Origin: a virus
Taxonomy: Duplodnaviria > Caudoviricetes
Virus record (IMG/VR): IMGVR_UViG_2061766007_002263
Direction: 5' to 3' (one strand)
Length of the DNA stretch: 64,000 nucleotides
The position numbers were made by a program, and so were the translations under genes. This document shows, one piece after another, positions 1 to 9,915 of the stretch (position 1 is its first letter; each line of letters opens with the position of its first letter). The notes beneath the pieces are model-generated. The model was not told the DNA's origin. It did not search any database and was given only the letters and a program-made list of their open reading frames with translations.

Positions 1-196
1 AATTTATTTTCTCTTTTATTCACATTCATTTATATTTTTCCGTAAATATACACATCAAGATAGTCAAGATAAAAAAATTATGAAAAATGCGCAAAAAAAA
101 ACACGTGCCTTTTACTAGAAAAAAGCACGTGCCATAAAAACAGAATGAAACAGAAACAATTAAATGGGGGATAAGTCTCTGTCCCAATCTGAATGA

Positions 197-418
197 CTAA
201 GATTTGAATGTTCTGTTGAGCTTGCTGAACTTTTTGTATGTTTCCAACGCAAACTTTTTTGCGTTCTTCAAGTCTTTTTCTATACGTGGCTTGCCGTTGC
301 AGTCTTTGACCGTAAACGTGTCGTCAACGTTGTATTTTATCATTGGTACGTGTTCATGCGAATCACATACGAGATACCATTTATTGTTTATCTGTTCTTT
401 TTTCCAAGTGTATTTCAT
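197..418 (-). CDS. hypothetical protein
   Basis: ORF with AAGGAGG RBS. Confidence 0.75.
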   Translation of the reverse strand: MKYTWKKEQINNKWYLVCDSHEHVPMIKYNVDDTFTVKDCNGKPRIEKDLKNAKKFALETYKKFSKLNRTFKS

Positions 419-436
419 TGTAATGTTCCTCCTTTT

Positions 437-718
437 TTAAGCGACCCTTGCGAGCGCATTGATTGCCTTTGACAGTTTATCTGCCTTGACATAAAGTATT
501 TCTGGAATGTGAATCTGACCGTTATCAACGAATACACCATGTATCACGTCATTGCAGTCCTTTATCACTTTGTCCATTGAATGACATACCATAGAACACT
601 GAGCGTCATTGAACTTTCCAGATTTCAAATCGTCAAGTGCTTGTGATTTTGTAAGGTTTGCTCTTGTATACATTGCCCAAACCTTGTTCAGCATTTCTCT
701 GCTTATAATCTTGTCCAT
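437..718 (-). CDS. hypothetical protein
   Basis: ORF after motif 750. Confidence 0.75.
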   Translation of the reverse strand: MDKIISREMLNKVWAMYTRANLTKSQALDDLKSGKFNDAQCSMVCHSMDKVIKDCNDVIHGVFVDNGQIHIPEILYVKADKLSKAINALARVA

Positions 719-768
719 AGAATGTCACTCTTTCCTTATGTCGTAATTATTATAGTGATGTAACAAAT

Positions 769-939
769 CTATCCTTTAAAAAACTTGTCAAGGGAAGGCA
801 GTCCGTAAACTTCCAGAAAATACAGTATCCAGAAGCAAACGTCAAAAATGACGCAACCAAAGATTGCCTTGTAAAATCTCTTGTCTTGCTTGAACGTGCC
901 GATAAAGAACAGAATCGGTGCAGCCGTTAAAAGAAGCAT
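769..939 (-). CDS. small membrane protein (56 aa, below ORF-track cutoff)
   Basis: MLLLTAAPILFFIG...DKFFKG*; RBS present; stop lies inside motif 750. Confidence 0.65.
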   Translation of the reverse strand: MLLLTAAPILFFIGTFKQDKRFYKAIFGCVIFDVCFWILYFLEVYGLPSLDKFFKG

Positions 940-959
940 AAAACTACCTTCCCTTTTTC

Positions 960-1142
960 TTAAAAGAACAACTCACGAAGTTTCTTGTTGCAACTGATAA
1001 CAATGATTCCACCAAGCATTGCGATAAGAAAACCCAATGCAAACGGTGAGCCTTCAAAAAACTTGTTAAACGAGTATACATGATTCTCATACTGTCCACA
1101 AGCGAACAACCAATCAAAACCTTTTTCCATAGCTTCCAACAT
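960..1142 (-). CDS. small membrane protein
   Basis: hydrophobic segment; motif 1181 upstream. Confidence 0.7.
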   Translation of the reverse strand: MLEAMEKGFDWLFACGQYENHVYSFNKFFEGSPFALGFLIAMLGGIIVISCNKKLRELFF

Positions 1143-1303
1143 AATTTTTAACCCCCTAATTATCGTTGATGTCTTATTTATTATAATCTTAATTGATACT
1201 TATCCCGACAAAAAAAGGAACAAGCACGGCATAGGAAAGGGGGATTTCCTAATAAAAAAGCCGTGAACTTGCCCCAAAAAATTTTCCGTTGATTAAGGGT
1301 TTT

Positions 1304-1531
1304 TCAGATAGCCGTTTCAAGGCTATGGATTTCTTTTAGCAAATCCGAACAAATGCAACCCATATCCTTTAAGTCGCTTTTTGCAGAGTTCACATTGTCT
1401 GTTGAATAAATGTTCTTGGCAAAATGACTATAAAACTTGTCAAGATGTCCCATCAAGTTTGCAATGTAATTCAAATGGGTACTTGAAGAAGGATTTTCAC
1501 GAATCATTGTCTGAACTGTCTTCATTTTCAT
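1304..1531 (-). CDS. hypothetical protein
   Basis: ATGA overlap with upstream gene. Confidence 0.7.
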   Translation of the reverse strand: MKMKTVQTMIRENPSSSTHLNYIANLMGHLDKFYSHFAKNIYSTDNVNSAKSDLKDMGCICSDLLKEIHSLETAI

Positions 1532-1893
1532 AGTTCTCCGTTGTATGTGAACTTTTTGCCTACATTAAAGCGAAGCATTGAACTAATCCCTCTACGCATA
1601 AGACTTTCATAGTTTTCTGCTTTCTCAATGTATTTCATAGGAATCTTTACAGTAGCAATACCTTTACATTCCCAATCACCATTCGTGTAGCCAACGGAAA
1701 CAAAATAACCACAATCACTTGAAACTTGTTTCATCCCTTTTTTCCAAACTTCAAATTTAAGTGTGTTTCCTTTTCGTGAAAGATACTTGAATTTGTATGA
1801 AGGACTGTGCCAATCCCAAGAATCCCAAATCCAACCTTTATCGCTAAAAGCGACTACGTCTCTATTCCTTGAATTGATTATTCTGATATCCAT
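1528..1893 (-). CDS. hypothetical protein
   Basis: RBS AAGGGGG; motif 1924. Confidence 0.75.
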   Translation of the reverse strand: MDIRIINSRNRDVVAFSDKGWIWDSWDWHSPSYKFKYLSRKGNTLKFEVWKKGMKQVSSDCGYFVSVGYTNGDWECKGIATVKIPMKYIEKAENYESLMRRGISSMLRFNVGKKFTYNGEL

Positions 1894-1931
1894 AGTGTAC
1901 TATCCCCCTTGATACTATGTTTATTATAATC

Positions 1932-2165
1932 TTAGCGATTACTTATCCTGACGGCATCTTCGATTGTCATAATTCTTGCCATATCACGATAATAAGGCAA
2001 CTTTGACAAAGTGAACATAGCACCAAAACGAGTCTTGAACTTTTGTGCATAATTCAAATCAGAAATACATTCAACACCCAGTTTGTCTATTTTCTCCAAG
2101 AACATAGCACGATGAGAGCCATTCTGCATTTTTGTTTTACCTACATAGATAACATACCTTTCCAT
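1932..2165 (-). CDS. hypothetical protein
   Basis: RBS GGAG. Confidence 0.7.
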   Translation of the reverse strand: MERYVIYVGKTKMQNGSHRAMFLEKIDKLGVECISDLNYAQKFKTRFGAMFTLSKLPYYRDMARIMTIEDAVRISNR

Positions 2166-2207
2166 AGTATCTCCGTTATAGATTAAAAAGGGTAATTGCT
2201 CGCTCTA

Positions 2208-2441
2208 TTATAGTTTCTTCATGAGTACACGACCAACGGCAAGTTTAATGTCGTTATCGTTCCAAGTACCATTTTCTTTGAAAGCCGAAGTTTCTGCGAC
2301 ATTTGCAACTACCTCATCAAGAATAGCACGGCGAATGTCATAAACATAATCGTCCGAGATTGCCGACTTCAAGTTTCTTTCCAAGAAGTAGTAAACACCG
2401 TCTTTAAGCCTTTCATAGTCTGTTTTACTGTCGGGCCACAT
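2208..2441 (-). CDS. hypothetical protein
   Basis: RBS AGGAG; motif 2467. Confidence 0.75.
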   Translation of the reverse strand: MWPDSKTDYERLKDGVYYFLERNLKSAISDDYVYDIRRAILDEVVANVAETSAFKENGTWNDNDIKLAVGRVLMKKL

Positions 2442-2504
2442 AGTTTGTTCTCCTATACGATTATTATTATAATGTTATGAGACATTTATCCTTCGAAGTT
2501 TTAA

Positions 2505-2822
2505 AAAAGAAAAGGGGCGAACAACCGTGTGTTTCGCCCCTTGTATTATATTATCTATCTCATTATATATTCTACCTTATAATTAAAGTGCTATGGATAG
2601 TGCATAAACGTTCCTCTTAATCGGTCGGTTACAGAACCCATAATCACTACCAACTATTTCGTCTGCAACCTTAAAAATCAAACGCTGCTGAATTATAACA
2701 AACTATAGTATCATAAGTTGCTATGTCATAAGCCGACCTTCCACCTTTGGTGGTTTTATAAACTTATTTATGATTGACGAGTTGTGAACGCTTTTAGCGT
2801 CTGTTTCACAACATCCTACGCT
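2505..2822 (-). ncRNA. candidate structured non-coding RNA (~300 nt)
   Basis: Lies between motif 2830 and terminator 2512-2542. No convincing ORF. Hairpins at 2781-2812 and 2741-2753; long-range pair 2623-2628/2733-2738. Confidence 0.45.
2512..2542 (-). terminator. intrinsic terminator
   Basis: AAGGGGCGAA...TTCGCCCCTT stem followed by a U-tract on the minus strand. Confidence 0.75.
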
Positions 2823-2862
2823 TTACTTATTATAACCTTTTGGGATGTCTATCCCGCAAAGT

Positions 2863-3039
2863 TTAGAATTCAATTTTCAAGAGTTCTTCACGAATTTTAG
2901 CCAATTCCTTGCCGACAGTTTCGACATAAAAATTGTTTACTTCACCAACCTTTGCTCCGTCCTTCAACGACTTTTCAATAGCGTCTACGGCATTGCCAAT
3001 GTTGCGCTCAAGATACGCTAATGCTCTTGCTTTCATCAT
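2863..3039 (-). CDS. hypothetical protein (58 aa)
   Basis: MMKARALAYLERN...; RBS AAGGAG; motif 3067. Confidence 0.7.
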   Translation of the reverse strand: MMKARALAYLERNIGNAVDAIEKSLKDGAKVGEVNNFYVETVGKELAKIREELLKIEF

Positions 3040-3299
3040 TGTGTATTGCTCCTTATGTCCTATTTATTATAATCTTTGTAGGTATCTATCCTGGAAACTG
3101 CAAACTAATCTTGCCCCTTATATATACATAAATAACGGTTGATAGATTCTGACTTTTTAGGTTGGAGTTAGTTTACATATAATAATAAAAGATTAAAAAA
3201 ACTTGAAAAAAAATTCCAATAAAAAAGGCATAAAAAAAAGGGCAAATGGTCTAGGGGGATAAAATGACCACTTGCCCTCGTGATAATCAAGAAAAAGAT

Positions 3300-3494
3300 T
3301 TACTGTTTTTTAATCCAGTCCACGATGTCATCCGTGGTGTCTTTTACTACTTCACCAGCTTCCTCGGCATGGTCTCCGAAGTTACTGACAAACTCTTTAG
3401 CGTCTTTTTTAAACGCTTTGAAATCAAAGTTGCCGTACTTATAAACGACAAAAATACCTAAAGCCAATAAAGCAATTAAAATCAGTTTCTTCAT
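3300..3494 (-). CDS. small membrane-anchored protein
   Basis: N-terminal hydrophobic helix; motif 3524. Confidence 0.7.
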   Translation of the reverse strand: MKKLILIALLALGIFVVYKYGNFDFKAFKKDAKEFVSNFGDHAEEAGEVVKDTTDDIVDWIKKQ

Positions 3495-3542
3495 GGTATG
3501 TGTTTTCCTTTACACAAATCTTATTATAGCGTTTTTACGCCG

Positions 3543-3770
3543 CTATCCTTTAAGTTCAAGGATTTCTGTTGGTTTATAGTAGAACTGCGAAACATAAGGG
3601 AATGGCTCATCGTAATCATCGTCATCGTCAGAGCAGTACGCTTCTGTCTGTGACTCTTCTGTTCTGCGCTTGCAATACGCTTTTATCTTGTCCTCTGAAC
3701 AAATAGCCGTACCAATAAGCCATGAATGACCGTCTGATTTCTCGTATACCGCCCAAGCAGATTTTTTCAT
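3543..3770 (-). CDS. hypothetical protein
   Basis: start moved to MKKSAW (GGAG RBS); ends Gly-stop in motif 3524. Confidence 0.7.
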   Translation of the reverse strand: MKKSAWAVYEKSDGHSWLIGTAICSEDKIKAYCKRRTEESQTEAYCSDDDDDYDEPFPYVSQFYYKPTEILELKG

Positions 3771-3772
3771 GG

Positions 3773-3898
3773 TTATCTCCAAAGAAGCGTTTCTGGATAC
3801 TGAATTATAACGTCTGCCGTATGCGCAACGGCTTCTTCCATGTCGTATACACCGTTCGCAAGCATCTCTCTAATCACACTGATTTTGTCATAAGACAT
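3773..3898 (-). CDS. hypothetical protein (41 aa)
   Basis: MSYDKISVIREML...; GGGGG RBS; motif 3942. Confidence 0.55.
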   Translation of the reverse strand: MSYDKISVIREMLANGVYDMEEAVAHTADVIIQYPETLLWR

Positions 3899-4096
3899 TT
3901 GATTTCCCCCATTGGTCTGTTTATTTTCGGCAACCATTATTTTATAGTGTTGTGTTTATATTATCCTTTCAAAAAATATGAACTTTCGGCTATAAGGATA
4001 ATTTTAGCATATAAATATAAATATCTATAAAAGTTTTTTAAAGTTATAAAAACTTGTGAAAAAAATAAAAATTACGTCCCAAAAAAATCTTAAAAA

Positions 4097-4984
4097 TTAC
4101 ACGTTTTTCAAACCGCTCAACAAATATTCTATTACTTTTACAGTCCACCCGTTACCTACACCGTAAATACGTTTTGTGTCTGATTTAAGCACTTTCGTAT
4201 AGTTATCCGGCAATGTCTGCAATCGTTCCGCTTCAATTGGATGTATGTATCTGTAAGATGTTCCGCCCAACCAAAAGTTCACTTTATCCCGGCCGTTTGC
4301 CGATACTGTATTGGTTTTTCCCGCAATCCTTGCACGATTCTGCTGAGAATAATATCCCTTTCCGGAGCTGTCCCATTTAACTACACAACCGTCCACCGAA
4401 ATGCGCATTGTATCTTTATATTTCTCAAAAGACTTGACTTTATAATTATTATCATATACAATGTCTTGTATAGTGTCCGTACATGGAGCGGGACGCTTTC
4501 CTAACGGTATGTTAGTCCAGTAGTATCTATGTCTGACCTGAGCTGAGAAATCCGCCGAGTTTATCTCGACAGGTTCATGTCCAAAAGATTTTGTTATCTC
4601 CGCTTTTATCTCGTCCGACATACTTGCGTTGTTCTCGTACAAATAGTATTTTGGTTTAGCTTCCTTTAATGCACGTATATACTGACTGAACAAATCCCAA
4701 CCAATGCCGCTTGAAGTAGTTTCTCTGCCTTTACCACCACGACTGATAGACCATAGGGTACACGGACTGCCCCCGATAAGCAAATCATATTCGCCCTCAT
4801 GGTATTCCGCTTTGAATACATCACCTTTATGCGCTATGTCTTTCCAATTATCTTCCGATACCTTTATCGCGTTCTCATCTATCTCGTATGCATCATACTT
4901 CTCGACTTTAATTCCCAATCTGTCCAGTGCCACACGACCACAGCTTATGCCGTCAAATAATGATAATACCCTTACTTTTTCCAT
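4097..4984 (-). CDS. DNA (cytosine-5)-methyltransferase
   Basis: motif I LSLFDGISCG, catalytic GGSPC, motif VI ENN, motif VIII QVRHRYYW, motif X GNGW. Confidence 0.92.
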   Translation of the reverse strand: MEKVRVLSLFDGISCGRVALDRLGIKVEKYDAYEIDENAIKVSEDNWKDIAHKGDVFKAEYHEGEYDLLIGGSPCTLWSISRGGKGRETTSSGIGWDLFSQYIRALKEAKPKYYLYENNASMSDEIKAEITKSFGHEPVEINSADFSAQVRHRYYWTNIPLGKRPAPCTDTIQDIVYDNNYKVKSFEKYKDTMRISVDGCVVKWDSSGKGYYSQQNRARIAGKTNTVSANGRDKVNFWLGGTSYRYIHPIEAERLQTLPDNYTKVLKSDTKRIYGVGNGWTVKVIEYLLSGLKNV

Positions 4985-5069
4985 TTCAATTATGTCCTTT
5001 AGAATATAGAAACATATTAAAAAAAGCATGAGAAAACATTTCCCATGCTTTTCTGATTAGCTTTCTTTT

Positions 5070-5186
5070 TCAAATGCTTACGTAATCAGCTTTGCAGCCT
5101 TTATGCGTAAAAGCATACTTCTTAGCGTCTGTTTCTGACAGACATACTTTCACGGTTTTTCCAGTGCCGTCAGTTACGACCCACAT
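5070..5186 (-). CDS. hypothetical protein (38 aa)
   Basis: MWVVTDGTGKTVKVC...; GGGGAG RBS; motif 5213. Confidence 0.6.
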   Translation of the reverse strand: MWVVTDGTGKTVKVCLSETDAKKYAFTHKGCKADYVSI

Positions 5187-5317
5187 TTGTTTCTCCCCTG
5201 GGATAAACTGAATTATAATCTTGTGAAAAGTTTATCCCCCTAAGTCTTTCAATCAAAGACTTAAAATAACGTCAAGCGATTTTGTCAGTTATTTAGTGAG
5301 AATATTAAACTACTTTT

Positions 5318-5620
5318 TTAATCAGTGACTCTTAAAAAGAACGCCAACTCTTTGTCTTTAAGGTTTTCACAAGCAAATGCATCCGCTTTTTTCCAAAGTC
5401 TGTCATACAGCCCCGCGAATATCATGTTGCTTTTGCTATAATGTTCCCACAGCTTCAAATTAAGTGTTACAACCAACTCAGTCAAATAGACATAATTTGT
5501 TTTCCACTCATTAAAGGCACGATTGAATGTGTCCTCAATCGCACTTTCGCCGAACTTGTCCGCAATAGTGAAGTCCATAGGAAAGGTCGTTGTCATTTTA
5601 TAGCCGTTTAACAATTCCAT
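5318..5620 (-). CDS. hypothetical phage protein
   Basis: RBS GAGG; motif 5642. Confidence 0.8.
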   Translation of the reverse strand: MELLNGYKMTTTFPMDFTIADKFGESAIEDTFNRAFNEWKTNYVYLTELVVTLNLKLWEHYSKSNMIFAGLYDRLWKKADAFACENLKDKELAFFLRVTD

Positions 5621-5730
5621 AATTTATGTCCTCTTAGGATATTATAATTGTCCTTAGCTCTTATCCTTATAAAGGAATAACCAAACCTACCCCATACTCC
5701 AACAACTAAGGTCAAGCGTTACTACTTATA

Positions 5731-6153
5731 TTAATGTCCTTCGTGAACCAGTACAATGTCAGTACCTCGCCAATCGTACATCTTAAAGCTGTTTAAGACA
5801 TTGTAAAGCATTGTGTCCCTACGGTAAGGATTGCCATTGTAGTCTCTTTTGGACTTTTCCATATCTTCTTCAAGCCACTTGATTACCTTTTTAATGTCGT
5901 CTGTGTAAGTCATACGTTCGCCATAAGGGTCTTTGTAATGCTTATCACGGAATTCGTCATAGCCGTAGCAAGTTCCATGCTCGCCATTACCTACTGAAAA
6001 GAAGTGGAAATCTTCTACCGTCTTATCAAACAGTTTAGGGAAGTCATAGGACATTCCACGAAGTTCGACAGTTATCAACAGTTCGGCATAATGTACTTTT
6101 TCGTTTGGAAACTTGTTGATACTTACCAGGTGTACGGTATTGTCATAACCCAT
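5731..6153 (-). CDS. hypothetical protein
   Basis: ORF, RBS, motif 6233. Confidence 0.78.
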   Translation of the reverse strand: MGYDNTVHLVSINKFPNEKVHYAELLITVELRGMSYDFPKLFDKTVEDFHFFSVGNGEHGTCYGYDEFRDKHYKDPYGERMTYTDDIKKVIKWLEEDMEKSKRDYNGNPYRRDTMLYNVLNSFKMYDWRGTDIVLVHEGH

Positions 6154-6276
6154 AATAGTTGCCTCGCTTTGCGATTAGTAGGTTGATTGGTATAACGGAC
6201 TCGAAACTCGATTACCTTTACTTTTTTAATTATTATAACCTTGTTCAAGTGTTATCTTGAGCAAGGCTCAAAGTTT

Positions 6277-6504
6277 TTAATTCATTGTCGATTCGATTTT
6301 GAATCCCAATGATTCCAGTTCTTTTTTGTCAAACTTGAAAAGCTTTATACCGTCATTGCTTACGTAGAATTCAAAAAGCCGTTTATCGCCTGTCCAAATG
6401 TCTGTCATAGTAAACGTTTCTTCTCGTCCGTCTGGATGATAGAATGTATTTCCCGCAGTGTTGGTTTCGTATACTACACCGTCTACCTTTTTATGATATC
6501 CCAT
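6277..6504 (-). CDS. hypothetical protein
   Basis: ORF with RBS. Confidence 0.7.
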   Translation of the reverse strand: MGYHKKVDGVVYETNTAGNTFYHPDGREETFTMTDIWTGDKRLFEFYVSNDGIKLFKFDKKELESLGFKIESTMN

Positions 6505-6517
6505 TTTGCATTTCCCC

Positions 6518-6703
6518 TTAGTCGTTCAGTTCGTCCAATACGTCATATAAGTACGGCAAAAGATTCTGTATCACTTCTTCTTTTGTTGAACCTGTTACAC
6601 TTATACCACTTGAGGTGTCGTCACCAAAATAGACCGTGTAACCCATCTCACCGTCTTCTTCCCACTTGGTAAAAGAAATGTTCATGTCTTTAACATTTTC
6701 CAT
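6518..6703 (-). CDS. hypothetical protein
   Basis: ORF, motif 6728. Confidence 0.7.
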   Translation of the reverse strand: MENVKDMNISFTKWEEDGEMGYTVYFGDDTSSGISVTGSTKEEVIQNLLPYLYDVLDELND

Positions 6704-6843
6704 TTAATTTCCCTCACAATAATTTTATTATACTATTGATAATTAGTTATCTTTTTTAATACTGTTACGTTCATTGTTTAAGTTTCTTACGCATATAAAA
6801 TTATAACCTTGTTCAAGTGTTATCCTGAACAAGGCTCAATTTT

Positions 6844-7095
6844 TCACCAACAATGACCTACATTGAACTCGTCAAGGTCGTTTTCCAAAAAGCCCAAGTC
6901 AACATCGTCTGCCTTAATGTGTGTTGCACGGATAAGGAATGAATTGTTGCTTGAATGGTACATTATGTCCAGTTCGCCTGTCAGTTCATTACGAACAACG
7001 TCTACATTGTCTGAACTGTATTCATTCAGTTCTTCTTTAACCATAGAAAAAATCTGATAGGCTTTTCTTCCCTTGTCGGGGTATGCCTTGCTCAT
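6844..7095 (-). CDS. hypothetical protein
   Basis: RBS GAGGAG; motif 7123. Confidence 0.75.
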   Translation of the reverse strand: MSKAYPDKGRKAYQIFSMVKEELNEYSSDNVDVVRNELTGELDIMYHSSNNSFLIRATHIKADDVDLGFLENDLDEFNVGHCW

Positions 7096-7161
7096 AGTTG
7101 TTATCTCCTCACACTATCCGGATTATAACTGTACGGGAATCTTATCCCGTATAATCAAATC

Positions 7162-7554
7162 TTATTTCACAAGTTTTGCAACAAGTTCTTTAAGCTCCCT
7201 TACTTCATTCAGAAGCTCGTTCTGCTTGATTGTTTCAACATCCCATTTAATGCGAACAGACGCGAAATAAGATGAAGCGTTTGGCGAGTTTGGATTTGCC
7301 TTTCCAACATAGCAAATTCCCTTGTCAGGAAAGAACGAATGAATACCAATGTCACGACTACCATACTTTGAAAAGCCAACCTTGCGAATAGCGGCAATGA
7401 TTGATTCCTCACAGATTTCCTTTCCTTGCAACTCCCTGCGCAAATCGTCTACATTGGTATAATTGTTGCTTAATGCGGACATGGAATTGGATTCGATTGA
7501 TGTCCAACCGAATACATTTACCGATTTATTTGTAGTTGTCTTTTTTGTAGCCAT
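7162..7554 (-). CDS. hypothetical protein
   Basis: RBS; motif 7583. Confidence 0.78.
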   Translation of the reverse strand: MATKKTTTNKSVNVFGWTSIESNSMSALSNNYTNVDDLRRELQGKEICEESIIAAIRKVGFSKYGSRDIGIHSFFPDKGICYVGKANPNSPNASSYFASVRIKWDVETIKQNELLNEVRELKELVAKLVK

Positions 7555-7649
7555 AGTTTAGTTCCCCCTTATGCTTTAATTATTATAATCATAACAAACA
7601 CTTATCCCGTGAAAATAATAAAGGCAGAACCGTAGTTCTGCCGTTTATT

Positions 7650-8417
7650 TTAGTTCGATTCAATCAATTTCCAACCAAGACGCTTTTGGATTTCGTCTGT
7701 CTTAGAAACCATAATTTTGTCTACTTCTTCGTAGATTTCAAGCATCTTGTCGATTTCTTCAACTGTTGGTTTTTCGTGGTTGAAAGTTGAAAGCCAACTG
7801 TCGTCCAAAGTCTTTTCGCCATTGCTACCAACCATACCGAACAAAGCGATACCGAAATCGCCATACATACTAAAGTAGTCCGCAATCTTTCGTACTTTAA
7901 GAATGATGTCGTCGTGGTCGTCATGCCAAGTTCGTTCTACTTCATAGAAAACACTCAACAAGTCGTGAAACCAAAGGTCTGCAAGTTTACCTTCTTCATT
8001 GTAGTAAGGTGTACTGCTTGAACCCCAAAGAGGTCTAGCCGCCAAAGACCCAAAATTAGAATATTCACGGCTCATAAAAAAGTATGAACCATAGCTATAA
8101 CTTGCACGAATAATTTCTCGTGGGTCGTTCTTTTTAAGCCAAGCCTTCAAAGATACGGTCTTTACATAACCGTACTTGTCTTTTGGCAGACTGTCCTTTT
8201 CATTCAAGAACTTGTTAATCAAGTCAAGAAGGTATGTCGCCCAACCGTATTGTTCTCGGTACTTGTAATACTTGTCGATAAAGGCAATCTTTTCTTCTTG
8301 AGTAAAGGTTTTCTCCCAAGCGAAAATGTATGGGCGATTGGATTTTCTCCCAACTATTGTCTGCGGGTGATTCTTTACTTCATTATAAAGAACCAAATCT
8401 TCTACTTTGTAATCCAT
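7650..8417 (-). CDS. hypothetical protein
   Basis: 255-aa ORF; motif 8440. Confidence 0.82.
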   Translation of the reverse strand: MDYKVEDLVLYNEVKNHPQTIVGRKSNRPYIFAWEKTFTQEEKIAFIDKYYKYREQYGWATYLLDLINKFLNEKDSLPKDKYGYVKTVSLKAWLKKNDPREIIRASYSYGSYFFMSREYSNFGSLAARPLWGSSSTPYYNEEGKLADLWFHDLLSVFYEVERTWHDDHDDIILKVRKIADYFSMYGDFGIALFGMVGSNGEKTLDDSWLSTFNHEKPTVEEIDKMLEIYEEVDKIMVSKTDEIQKRLGWKLIESN

Positions 8418-8451
8418 AGGAATCCCCTTTTCAATTATATTATAACCTTAG

Positions 8452-8685
8452 CTACTTCTTATCCCGCAGCTCAGATTCCTTGAACTTACTGTCCCTAACA
8501 TAACGACCCAGTTTGTTATTCCAAATGTAGATATACATTTTATGCATACTACCTACAAACTTTCTGTAAAAGTCTGTGTAAAACTTTTTACATTCTTTGT
8601 AGGTATTGTACTCGTCAATAGCAAATAATGTACCTTTCCAATCATACAAAGAAACTGTATATTTCGGAATGGTGTATCCCTTCAT
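8452..8685 (-). CDS. hypothetical protein
   Basis: RBS; motif 8708. Confidence 0.7.
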   Translation of the reverse strand: MKGYTIPKYTVSLYDWKGTLFAIDEYNTYKECKKFYTDFYRKFVGSMHKMYIYIWNNKLGRYVRDSKFKESELRDKK

Positions 8686-8794
8686 AGAAATCCTCTTTCC
8701 GATTAGATTATAACCTTGTAGATTTGTTATCCTGGTATAAATTAAAAAGGGTCGGCATTTAATACCAACCCTTTCCGTTATTTAAGCATAGAGT

Positions 8795-9223
8795 TTAATC
8801 TCCCCAACCTTGATTCGGGTCATCCCAACAAGGTTCTGCGTTCTCATAGGCACACTCGTATTCAACGATTTTCAACGGATATTTCATTGTTTCCGCTCTG
8901 TTGTAGTTGCCTTTTTCATACTGGCTTATGTCCTTGTTTACTGGCGTGTAATACAAGCCAATCGCATTACTACGGCTTTCTTGCTTGTCTTTTCCCTCGA
9001 CACCGTTCCACTTTGCAAGAGCTTCATAAGCGTCTACTTCTTTTCCGTTATCGTCATAGAAGCATCCATAGCCGTCATAATTATCGTCTACTTTGTAGCA
9101 GCCACCGCCGAACTCTTTTGGAATAAGCAGAAATGCTTTTTTAGTACGAGTATTCGTTTCTGGTATGTCATAGCAAATCAATTCTCGTCTTGTATCAGAG
9201 CAAATCCAACTGAACTGTCCCAT
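8795..9223 (-). CDS. hypothetical phage protein
   Basis: RBS AAGGAG; motif 9253. Confidence 0.8.
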   Translation of the reverse strand: MGQFSWICSDTRRELICYDIPETNTRTKKAFLLIPKEFGGGCYKVDDNYDGYGCFYDDNGKEVDAYEALAKWNGVEGKDKQESRSNAIGLYYTPVNKDISQYEKGNYNRAETMKYPLKIVEYECAYENAEPCWDDPNQGWGD

Positions 9224-9287
9224 CGTTTCTAATCTCCTTTATGCAAACAAGATTATACTCATGCGGATAGTCTATCCTTTAAGATTG

Positions 9288-9515
9288 CTATTCTTCGTCG
9301 TCTTCCAGTCCTTTTACCATAGAGAAATCATAATGTTCCCCTTCACAAGCCTTTAACTGTTCGATGTCGTGGTATTCAGTCCTTGCCCAAATAATGTTGT
9401 TCATTGTCTCAACCGAATAGCCATTAAGAGCCACTACAAGCTGAACTTCCGCGTCAGTCGCTATCTCATTGGCAATGATAAAATTATAGAGTTCACTGGT
9501 ATCCATATTCGTCAT
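9288..9515 (-). CDS. hypothetical protein
   Basis: RBS; variant motif at 9536-9560. Confidence 0.72.
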   Translation of the reverse strand: MTNMDTSELYNFIIANEIATDAEVQLVVALNGYSVETMNNIIWARTEYHDIEQLKACEGEHYDFSMVKGLEDDEE

Positions 9516-9609
9516 CCCCTTTTTAGTAATGTTTACTATTTAGTTTGAGATAGCGTATCCTTAGAAAAAGAACCTTGTGGAAATCTATTCTCGCAAGGTT
9601 CTTTATCGG

Positions 9610-9891
9610 CTATTCTTCCTCAATTTTATCTTTGAAAAACTCCGCTATGTCTTTCTTTGAAAATGAACCCACGGAAATGCCTTCTTGTTTAAGGAACTCT
9701 TTTACGTGCCTTAAAGTAGTCTGGCTTACGTTCCATGCATCAGTAAGATAAGGCTTGCCATCACGGATACGCACGACTTCATGCCCATAAGAAAGCAGAA
9801 ATTTGTTTCCGTTGTCCTCTACCTCAACCATTGCTTTTGAGTAGAATGACTGCTTTGAATCATAGATTGTAGCAAGTTCGTAACGTTTCAT
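9610..9891 (-). CDS. hypothetical phage protein
   Basis: RBS AAGGAG; motif 9916. Confidence 0.8.
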   Translation of the reverse strand: MKRYELATIYDSKQSFYSKAMVEVEDNGNKFLLSYGHEVVRIRDGKPYLTDAWNVSQTTLRHVKEFLKQEGISVGSFSKKDIAEFFKDKIEEE

Positions 9892-9915
9892 TGTTATCTC
9901 CTTATAGGCAATTTA

